55,074 nucleotides of DNA from an uncultured Clostridia bacterium (GTDB lineage Bacteria > Bacillota > Clostridia > TANB77 > CAG-508): assembly GCA_946410665.1 (NCBI GenBank), contig CAMKBC010000003.1:1-55074 (forward strand). Reading direction: 5' to 3'. Under the pieces are notes generated by a model. It did no database searches. It was given only the letters and a program-made list of their open reading frames with translations, and was not told the DNA's origin. This document shows, in pieces, positions 19,901-26,019 of this stretch. Position 1 is the first letter of the stretch. Each line of letters starts with the position of its first letter. The position numbers and the translations under genes are program-made.

Positions 19901-21656
19901 AATCAGAAATGATAAAGTTCTAAATTGTAACATTTCAAATAAAACTATGTTGCCAGATAACAGAGGATCAAATGTAAGTGTTGGAGGATTTATAGGTGTT
20001 GCAAATAATGAAACTAATATAGATGGTATGGAAGTTAAGAGTTGCAAAATAGATTCTGGAGATCATATTGCAGCCGGTGGTGTAGCTTATGCTAACAGCA
20101 AACTTACTGCTTCAAATTGTAATATTAACAATGTTGAAATAACTGATATATGGGAAAATCCAGAAGGACCAGTAAATATGAATTATATAAACATGAGGGA
20201 ATTTGCAGGATTTGCTGGAGGAGTGAATGGATATGAATCTTCATTAAACAATATTCATGTAAATGGAGTAAAGATTAGCGGAAAATATTTACATATTGGT
20301 GGTATTGCAGGAAATGTTAGCGATGCAAATATTACAAACTGCGATGTTAAAAATTCAACATTCAAATCTGAAAATGGTGTTGCACTTTCAAACCAAGCAG
20401 TTGGTGGTATTGTAGCCGAACATCATAGAGGAACAAATAAAAATAATAAAGTATCAAATACTACAATTACAGTAGATGCACATTTAGTTGGTGGCATTAC
20501 AGGACATGCAGGATACGAAACAACAGACATGGTAATTGAAGATGCTGTAGTAGATAATGTTACAGTAGTACATAATAATATGAAACATGCATATGTAGAT
20601 GGTGCTTGGTATACACCAAGAGAGCCAGCAATAGGTGGAATTGTTGCTACAACAGCTGGATCTGTAAAGAATTCTCAAGTAAAGAACAGTAGTATTACAG
20701 TTAAAGAAAATGAGAATTTACCAGTTCACGTTGGTGGTATTGTCGGAGGTGCTTTAGGAGCAAAGACAATCGAAAATGTAAAAGTAATTAATACAGACAT
20801 TGATAATAAAGCAGCAGCAGGACAAGTTGGCGGAAGTATGAGTGCACCAATGCATTCATGTACAGGTGGATTAGTTGGTATAGCAACAAATGCTTTAACT
20901 ATAGCCGATTCATCAGTAGAGCAAGAAAGCAAAGTAACAGGTACTTCACACGTTGGTGGTTTGTTAGGATATTCAATTAATTACGAAACAACATTAACAA
21001 GAGACAAAGTTCTAAACACAACAATAACAAACAACGGAACAGATGCTAACAGCACAATAATGGGAAGAAATGTTTCATGCACAGGTGGTGCAACATCTAT
21101 AGTACATGACAACGTAAAACTTAACGATATAACAATAAAAGATACAACAATAACAAATACACAATCAAATGGATATATTGGTGGTGTAGTAGGCGTTTCA
21201 ACAGGATCAATCAGCAACATAACAATGTCAAATGTAAATGTTTCTGGAAACGGAATTGCTGGTGGTGTAGGAGCTATTATAGAAGATAAAGCAAATACAA
21301 CATTAGCAGCAGATGCAAGAAAGAATGTAATTTCTGACTTAACATTAGACACAGTAAATGTAACATCTAAGAAAAATCATGCTGGTGGAATTGCCGGAGT
21401 ATTTAATGCAAGCGAAGTTAAGAATGCAACAGTAAAGAATAGTACAATCAAAACTTTAGCTGGAACATTTACTTTAGGAGAAGAACTATTACCAACATGT
21501 GTTGGAGCAATCTTTGGTGTAGGTAAGACAGGTGTTATCATTACAGCACCTACAGTACTTAACAATACACTAACAGGAGCAACAGGTTCTATCGTAGGTA
21601 AATATGTTGGAGCACCAACAGCACAAAACAATGAATTAGTAGCTGCAGAGCAATAA
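13995..21656 (+). CDS. Giant secreted protein (2553 aa): signal peptide, BspA-type leucine-rich repeats, DUF11-like and SpaA-like domains, then a very long GLUG-motif beta-helix-like repeat region. No recognisable anchor.
   Basis: Signal peptide MKKKVFIIVSLLSIIIAILLATTIKSSADS. LRR units of the IGDYAF...IP.SV..IG..AF type. Entry motif ISTAEQLAKVG...YKLINDIDLAGINWTPI...GIFDGDGHKIKNLTI is typical of GLUG-containing proteins. Roughly three dozen (by eye) xGG[IL]xG units follow. The protein ends ...APTAQNNELVAAEQ with no TM or LPXTG. Confidence 0.85.
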   Translation: MKKKVFIIVSLLSIIIAILLATTIKSSADSVNFDFIDDYGIRWNVWSRNYKGDLFQNLRYVSGEIPEDGTIVIPGEVYERQARGVEGLVWDLYIDGYHGDDYIDIESIGINDACMFSAADAATKAKIKKIVVPGKIKKISNKCFEGLTNLEEVELGEGVETLGDYFISKTKVSEITIPNSVKKLNYTYQFINSDWSVNSYLRKINFGSGVSPSDISKVGDPYSLPNLKSYGATPDSGLTEIDGILYKDDGKTLYAVPQQKDLTNWEVPDEVTKIGDYVFYEHSNFYKLTNAKAFKEGLISIGDYAFYDASIKDPLKLPSTVQYIGDSAFERASIPTTNNFTLPADLKVIGKSAFQVYDRGRYLKGELVIPDGVTTIGDYAFNGCYGLTGTLTIPDSVVTIGNSAFKNCDNMYGKLTIGNGTTTIGDYAFYKENVYSADRNWYRPTIGSSIESIGPNFINGAYIPDLWIDRVPGETYISYGYAGTDNETHVHFKGCTHRVTIGTSEGIRVVNVETNQEMVTGNYECGTTGKYKIVVDEGYDYSNLKVIEINDDKFSNKKVYEYEEGREYDFDELLRNRRIYVETLETGHDLSLRTYITDVNYISVSKVREPLVELNKGVFTYTHTKYPIRVSRGDDVTFKISVYNESVEDTAAQEIKVYIPEGMELDSENPTNKRYNWTLDSNGNAISDALAGETVQGYFGNGDVHHKDLSIVLKVTEDGQESDIYKTIFAEISGESAADNDSTPGNVTVSQDYMIDEINESNGNSIINSQEDDDDFETVVLNAKIRVEYNIRVNKIDKDTNEVLRGAKFNLISCGENKLEVAKEDNTKELKTFADGDVIAVATSDENGIVDFGGIVSYDEGENTYYIEEVDAPESYLANIGQKMKVRVVKAIIDAEKGTYSVKVYCDTSSYTVDTTQFEFTPISTAEQLAKVGSGETVNVNGTDYEYNIDTNYKLINDIDLAGINWTPINYQIKGIFDGDGHKIKNLTIQREASETKEVGLIGYFSGIVQNLTFEDPNINVSYYDETAKSRSGFSGTGCFAGVMEQGAIYNVKTTLTEGSTAAVKASVDNIGGIVGHTVPEGMVTVINCENNVPVIGESFSLANVVNTKASNAGGIIGCALGSITVEDSVNNGTIIAENYNAGGLVGFVRPSDYREMFLAAGYDEDNKRIDLLVENKAAEGQYNLALEIKDRKTSELLGGATYEIDKVENTIMTKLIETGSLKLFDKAIEYAGKDIYFLTEEETIPGYTRLNGIIKTTIERYWDNAANDYRVRVEAVLISHKEYEEFIGERETNEDTVRGSEFDRGQIFTDVNIAKANWNGKKVSFERCTNNGTITANYMNAAGILGTSYGLVDFNNCTNNGTITGSYKSAGIIAELRTVNAQFFNNYTAETTIVETINERGVSEFNNCINHGQISNGSGTGFSTAGIAANTYGNVVFKECQNQGYINGGGILGGIVGEARMGTTIKNCQNKGEINHTSSATNVACGGIVGQVIRTRSSESENISVQEVYLELDNCQNYANITSNAWAGGIAGMVNGKRARINNCTIASEDPSNVLKMKINPSGGAIAGIVAGTDAEETILTNNTLNNCEIEVAKGVRNTTDANAAGMLACVHRSINYGEIDPKSVVINNCATINSTILGTAKQVTGIMGEVDHMPDVEVSINNCMVDNCQLHARVDYGSSYGWIGGISVGGYQPGNQNIRNCVVKDTSMKCTDRDGDLAATYCSIGGIFGKASVGTQGTSTTKVNIEDCDVINIDINGYTKEYTPGGTAGILGNLNSGDSVTITRCNVRRSSIKERAQMVGGIAGQVSNVNNLQIKDCNVYETDILKTQPIEGNSQSLNSIAGGILGFSIRAKNLQIDNCQVIGKELDKDNENRNKIGVDCNGSSGLLGKVYSIPNLELTNNKVKNMDIVDNAPVSGSGNYNDVGGIMCYGNFTNAYSENNIVDNCNISGNKTYNVAGAYGSLEGKTTIRNDKVLNCNISNKTMLPDNRGSNVSVGGFIGVANNETNIDGMEVKSCKIDSGDHIAAGGVAYANSKLTASNCNINNVEITDIWENPEGPVNMNYINMREFAGFAGGVNGYESSLNNIHVNGVKISGKYLHIGGIAGNVSDANITNCDVKNSTFKSENGVALSNQAVGGIVAEHHRGTNKNNKVSNTTITVDAHLVGGITGHAGYETTDMVIEDAVVDNVTVVHNNMKHAYVDGAWYTPREPAIGGIVATTAGSVKNSQVKNSSITVKENENLPVHVGGIVGGALGAKTIENVKVINTDIDNKAAAGQVGGSMSAPMHSCTGGLVGIATNALTIADSSVEQESKVTGTSHVGGLLGYSINYETTLTRDKVLNTTITNNGTDANSTIMGRNVSCTGGATSIVHDNVKLNDITIKDTTITNTQSNGYIGGVVGVSTGSISNITMSNVNVSGNGIAGGVGAIIEDKANTTLAADARKNVISDLTLDTVNVTSKKNHAGGIAGVFNASEVKNATVKNSTIKTLAGTFTLGEELLPTCVGAIFGVGKTGVIITAPTVLNNTLTGATGSIVGKYVGAPTAQNNELVAAEQ

Positions 21657-21690
21657 TATATTGTAATGTGCTAAAAATAATTTAAAGATT

Positions 21691-21727
21691 AAGAGCAAAT
21701 GATTAATTCATTTGCTCTTTTATTTTG
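21691..21727 (+). terminator. Rho-independent terminator after the 2553-aa gene
   Basis: aagagcaaatga (21691-21702) pairs with tcatttgctctt (21708-21719), followed by a T-rich tail. Confidence 0.8.
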
Positions 21728-21836
21728 TCGAAAAATGCCAATCAAAAAGAAACAAAAGTTTGAATAAAGTATAGGAATTTATGAAAAAATGTGATATAAA
21801 ATAAGGCGAGTGTAAAACGAACGAAAGGAGCTTAGC

Positions 21837-22877
21837 ATGAAATATATTCAAGTAGCAGATATACATTTTGACATGCCGTTTACAACTATTTCAAATAGGG
21901 CTAATTTAGGACAACAACGAAGAATAGATCAACGTGAAGCTTTCAAAAAAGTTATTGAATGTGCCAAGGAGAATAAAGTTGATTATTTGTTCCTATGCGG
22001 TGATATTTATGAAGATAAATATGTTAGAGAATCAACAGTCATTTATACAAATAATTTATACAAAGAGATTCCTGAAACAAAGGTTATTATCGTGCCTGGA
22101 AACCATGATCCTAGAATTAAAAATTGCTATTATAACACGTTTAAATTCGCGGACAATGTAAAAGTGTTAACTAACGAGTTGCAAGTCTTATCTGACCAAA
22201 TAAACGGCGAAGAGATAGATATTTATGGCTATGGATTCAATGATTTTCATATGGATGATAATAGATATGAAGATATCAGTGACATCGATGAGAGTAAGAT
22301 AAACATATTTATAAGTCACGGAGATGACGAAGGCGACGAAGAATATAACGCCATAGATTTATCAAATTCTAACCTTAAAAAAATGGATTTAATTTTGTTA
22401 GGACATATTCATAAAAGAGATGAATATTATGCTGGTTCACTTTGTTCACTAGGTTTTGACGAACCAGGAGAGCACGGATTCTATATTGGTGAGATCACAA
22501 AAACAAAGAAAACCAGAGAGTTTGTTAGAGCAGATAGCAAAGAATTTGTAAACACAGAGTTAGATGTTTCTAATATAAATGATGAAGATGAATTGGTTGA
22601 AAAGATTAATTCATATAATGAAGAAAACAAATACTATGAAATTCATTTAGTAGGAAATAGAAAGTTCAGCATTGATGTAGATATGAATATCTTAAATAAG
22701 AATATTATTAAAGTTAAAGATAATACAGAGCTATCAAACGAGATTGAACTTAAACCTAACGATAAGACACTAACAGGAATATTTGTTAAGAAACTCAATG
22801 AGAAACTTGAAGCGGGAGAGGTCACAAAAGAAGAGTACGACAAAATGCTAGAAGGTTTATTAGAAAGTTTAAAATAA
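21837..22877 (+). CDS. Metallophosphoesterase, SbcD/YhaO-like DNA repair exonuclease subunit
   Basis: Calcineurin-like motifs ADIHFD, CGDIYE, GNHD and GHIH. 346 aa. Directly upstream of its ATPase partner. Confidence 0.75.
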   Translation: MKYIQVADIHFDMPFTTISNRANLGQQRRIDQREAFKKVIECAKENKVDYLFLCGDIYEDKYVRESTVIYTNNLYKEIPETKVIIVPGNHDPRIKNCYYNTFKFADNVKVLTNELQVLSDQINGEEIDIYGYGFNDFHMDDNRYEDISDIDESKINIFISHGDDEGDEEYNAIDLSNSNLKKMDLILLGHIHKRDEYYAGSLCSLGFDEPGEHGFYIGEITKTKKTREFVRADSKEFVNTELDVSNINDEDELVEKINSYNEENKYYEIHLVGNRKFSIDVDMNILNKNIIKVKDNTELSNEIELKPNDKTLTGIFVKKLNEKLEAGEVTKEEYDKMLEGLLESLK

Positions 22878-22888
22878 TGGAGTTTTAG

Positions 22889-24736
22889 ATGAAAATTAAC
22901 AAAATCAAAATTAATAATTTTGGTAATCTAAGTGATAAAAATATCGAACTTAAAAAGTTCAATATCATATATGGAAAGAATGAGTCTGGAAAATCGACAC
23001 TTCAAAACTATATTATTAGCTCACTTTATGGAATTCAAAAGAATAAGAACGGCAAAGCAATGTCAGACTTTGATAAGTATGAGCCATGGAATGATGGAGA
23101 ATTCTCTGGAACTATTAATTATGAATTAGACAATGGAGAGGAATACAATGTCTTCAGAAATTTCAAAAACAACAAAGTTGAATTAACTGACGCCACAGGA
23201 AAAGATGTTTCCGGAAACTATTCTATAGATAAAAAATTGGGAAACAACTTCTTAACTGAGCAAACAAATTTAGATAGAAGTCTAGTTGAAACAACAGCTT
23301 TTGCAGAACAAAAGGGAATAGAAATCAGCCAGGATTCACAAAATGTTTTAATACAAAAAATTGCAAATTTAGCTGAGAGTGGAGATGAAGATGTTTCTTA
23401 CAAGAAGGCTGAAAGCAGCATAAAAAAGATGATTACAGAAAAAGTCGGAACAAACCAAACATCTGAAAGACCTATTAATATTGCAAAGAGAAATATAGAT
23501 TTATATGAATCTAAGATTAGAGAAATTAAGTCTGTAACGGGCAGAAAGTTTGAACTAGAGACAGAAAAAAATGAAATTGCAGACCAATTAAACGAAGAAA
23601 AAAACAACGAAGAACAATTTGAAAAGATAAAAGAAGCGGTTGATTACAACAATAAAGAAGAAGCAAAAATTAAACCATATGAAGATATGCTTGCAAAGAA
23701 AAAAGCAGAGTTCAAAAAGATTAATAGCAAAACTAAAACAACAAAAACAGTAGAAAGCAAAAAAGCAAAATCAAGTAAAATTCCGCTTGTAATAGCATTA
23801 GTAATATTACTAGCAAGTCTTATAGGACTAGTCATATCAATAGGAAACAATGATACATTTACAAGAATCTGTGGAACATTAACACTAGTAATGGTAGGAG
23901 TTAGCACATTTATTGCGGTTAGAAGCTTCACGAAAAAAGAGATTGTTGAAGTAGAAATTGAAGATGATAATAATAGTGTTTTAGTAGAGCAAATTAAAAA
24001 CGAAATTGCTGAACTAGAAGAAACTGTTGATTCAATGAATAAAAAGTTGTTGGCTGATAATAACGAAAGCAAAGAATGGTTAGTTAAAACATATGGAAAA
24101 GAATGCGAAGTATTCTTTAATAAAGACATAGATACATATGTAAAAAATAATAAAAACAACATTAGAAACTTAGAATTAGATTTGCATAAAAAAGAATTAG
24201 AATTACAAAACATCGAGCCTCAATTAGAAAAATTAGCCGAATATGAAGAAGCCTTGGCAGTTGAAAAAGAAAGTTACGATGAACTTCTTGAAAAGAAGAG
24301 AATTTATGATATGACATTAGAATTATTAAGAGATTCTTACGAAGAAATGAAGGCTAATATTACACCAGAGTACAATAAAAAAGTTTCTAAGATGATTGAA
24401 ATATTCAGCAACGGCAAGTATAAAAATGTTTCAATTACAGAAGGGATAAACGTTGAAATTGAGAACGGACAAAGAGTTGAAGCAAGCAAACTAAGTGTTG
24501 GAACAATTGAACAAATCTATTTAGCTTTACGTTTAAGTATTATAAACGAGCTATCAGAAGAGTCATTCCCAATCATTTTAGATGAGCCATTTGCATATAG
24601 TGATAAGGAAAGATTGAGCGATATGATGCAATTCTTAGCAAAAGTAGATAATCAAGTAATTGTTTTAACTTGTACAGAAAGAGAAAAAGACGAAGCTCAA
24701 AGACTTAATATAGATTATAATTGGATTGAAATGTAG
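22889..24736 (+). CDS. SbcC/Rad50-like (YhaN-type) AAA ATPase with a central transmembrane hairpin
   Basis: Walker A GKNESGKST. Long Lys/Glu-rich coiled-coil regions. Signature-like LSVGTIEQIYLALRLS and Walker B PIILDEPFAYSD. Two hydrophobic helices lie mid-protein. Confidence 0.75.
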   Translation: MKINKIKINNFGNLSDKNIELKKFNIIYGKNESGKSTLQNYIISSLYGIQKNKNGKAMSDFDKYEPWNDGEFSGTINYELDNGEEYNVFRNFKNNKVELTDATGKDVSGNYSIDKKLGNNFLTEQTNLDRSLVETTAFAEQKGIEISQDSQNVLIQKIANLAESGDEDVSYKKAESSIKKMITEKVGTNQTSERPINIAKRNIDLYESKIREIKSVTGRKFELETEKNEIADQLNEEKNNEEQFEKIKEAVDYNNKEEAKIKPYEDMLAKKKAEFKKINSKTKTTKTVESKKAKSSKIPLVIALVILLASLIGLVISIGNNDTFTRICGTLTLVMVGVSTFIAVRSFTKKEIVEVEIEDDNNSVLVEQIKNEIAELEETVDSMNKKLLADNNESKEWLVKTYGKECEVFFNKDIDTYVKNNKNNIRNLELDLHKKELELQNIEPQLEKLAEYEEALAVEKESYDELLEKKRIYDMTLELLRDSYEEMKANITPEYNKKVSKMIEIFSNGKYKNVSITEGINVEIENGQRVEASKLSVGTIEQIYLALRLSIINELSEESFPIILDEPFAYSDKERLSDMMQFLAKVDNQVIVLTCTEREKDEAQRLNIDYNWIEM

Positions 24737-24818
24737 CTCAAAATGTAGTATAATTAGTAGGCTTAAAGAAAGGAGTGCGTAAAACTCATAAATAAAGGCA
24801 GAGTTTTACACATATATT

Positions 24819-25880
24819 ATGTTTGATAATTTAGAAGAATTAGAAAGAAAATTTGAAGAATTAAATAATAAAATTATGGATCCAGCCATAATCTCAGACC
24901 GTGAACAATACGGAAAGATTATGAAGGAACGTTCTGATTTAGAGCCTATTGTTGCAAAATATAGAGAGTACAAATCAGTTCAAAAGAATCTAGAAGACTC
25001 TAAAGAATTAATGAATGATCCTGAAATGAAGGACTTAGCTGAAGCAGAAATGTTAGAAGCTAAAGAAAAACTACCTAAACTTGAAGAAGAGTTAAAGGTG
25101 TTATTAATTCCTAAAGATCCAGATGATGATAAAAACGTTATCTGTGAAATCAGAGGCGGTGCTGGTGGAGACGAAGCAGCATTATTTGCTGGTGAACTTT
25201 TCAGAATGTATTCAATGTATTGCGAAAAGAACCATTGGAAAGTTGAAATCTTAAATGAAAACGCAACAGAACTTGGTGGATATAAAGAAATTTCATTTAT
25301 GGTAAAAGGGGCAGGAGCATACTCAAGACTTAAATATGAGAGTGGTGTACATAGAGTACAAAGAGTTCCAGAAACAGAGACAAGTGGAAGAATTCATACA
25401 TCAACAGCATCAGTATCTGTTTTACCAGAAGTAGAAGATGTTGATATAACAATCAATCCATCAGATGTTAAAATGGAAGTTTTCAGAGCATCAGGTGCTG
25501 GTGGACAACACGTTAACAAGACATCATCAGCAGTTAGATTAATTCACATTCCAACAGGAATAGTTGCTGAATGTCAAACTGAGAGATCACAATTCCAAAA
25601 CAAAGATTACGCTATGAAACTTTTGAAATCTCGTTTATATAGTATTGAAAAAGAAAAACGTGATAGCGAAATTGATAGTGCTAGAAGAAGCCAAATTGGA
25701 AACGCAGACAGAAGTGAAAAAGTAAGAACATACAACTTCCCTCAAGGAAGAATCACAGATCATAGAATAGGATTCTCAACATTCAGATTCCAAAACTTCT
25801 TAGATGGTGATCTTGATGAAATGATTGACAACTTAACAGCCGCAGATACAGCTGAAAAGTTAAAAGGTAACGAAGAATAA
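24819..25880 (+). CDS. prfA: Peptide chain release factor 1
   Basis: 353 aa. GGQHVNKT (GGQ motif), RVQRVPETETSGRIHTS (PxT class-1 RF1 motif) and the conserved C-terminal RTYNFPQGR.TDHR. Confidence 0.95.
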   Translation: MFDNLEELERKFEELNNKIMDPAIISDREQYGKIMKERSDLEPIVAKYREYKSVQKNLEDSKELMNDPEMKDLAEAEMLEAKEKLPKLEEELKVLLIPKDPDDDKNVICEIRGGAGGDEAALFAGELFRMYSMYCEKNHWKVEILNENATELGGYKEISFMVKGAGAYSRLKYESGVHRVQRVPETETSGRIHTSTASVSVLPEVEDVDITINPSDVKMEVFRASGAGGQHVNKTSSAVRLIHIPTGIVAECQTERSQFQNKDYAMKLLKSRLYSIEKEKRDSEIDSARRSQIGNADRSEKVRTYNFPQGRITDHRIGFSTFRFQNFLDGDLDEMIDNLTAADTAEKLKGNEE

Positions 25881-25990
25881 AAAACACATTGATTCTTAGC
25901 CTTGCTTTCCTGTGAAAATGCTACGCATTCTTCTCGGAATTCGCGCTAACGCTTGATCGCTGCGCGGCATTGCGAATCAATATGTTTTTT
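25879..25990 (+). other. Terminator-like long inverted repeat enclosing a 78-nt GC-rich structured insert
   Basis: aaaaaacacattgattc (25879-25895) pairs with gaatcaatatgtttttt (25974-25990), one mismatch. The enclosed 25896-25973 is about 50% GC against about 30% background. Internal hairpins: aatgc-tac-gcatt and cgcgc-N15-gcgcg. Confidence 0.5.
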
Positions 25991-26019
25991 ATAGAAGTAC
26001 GATAGAAAAAGGATATATA

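Noticed and set aside
18155-21631. A series of minus-strand ORFs (for example 18155..18409, 18548..18793, 20726..20932, 20981..21352, 21377..21631) with recurring P-P-x-I-P-P strings
   Set aside because: The PP-rich periodicity is the reverse-complement image of the GGxxGG repeat cores of the 2553-aa gene on the + strand. No independent start signals were seen.
21726-21732. Perfect Spo0A-type 0A box (TGTCGAA) upstream of the sbcD-like gene
   Set aside because: It is a single 7-mer. At this base composition, several occurrences are expected by chance in a window of this size on two strands. There is no other evidence for sporulation control here.
9249-21836. Island 1 as an intact integrative conjugative element or prophage
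   Set aside because: I recognised no integrase, recombinase, relaxase, VirB4-type ATPase, phage structural genes, flanking tRNA or direct repeats. Only the coupling protein points to a mobile origin.
21934-23129. Same-strand alternative-frame ORFs 21934..22161 and 22932..23129, and similar ones at 27851..28063 and 46935..47126
   Set aside because: They are embedded out of frame within well-supported genes and show no motifs or start signals.
25375-25383. The RF1 recognition tripeptide reads P-E-T rather than the familiar P-A-T or P-V-T, which could hint at altered stop-codon recognition
   Set aside because: The defining motif is PxT with a variable middle residue. The surrounding RVQRVP.TE..GRIHTS context and the GGQ motif are canonical, and TAA and TAG stops are both used in the window.
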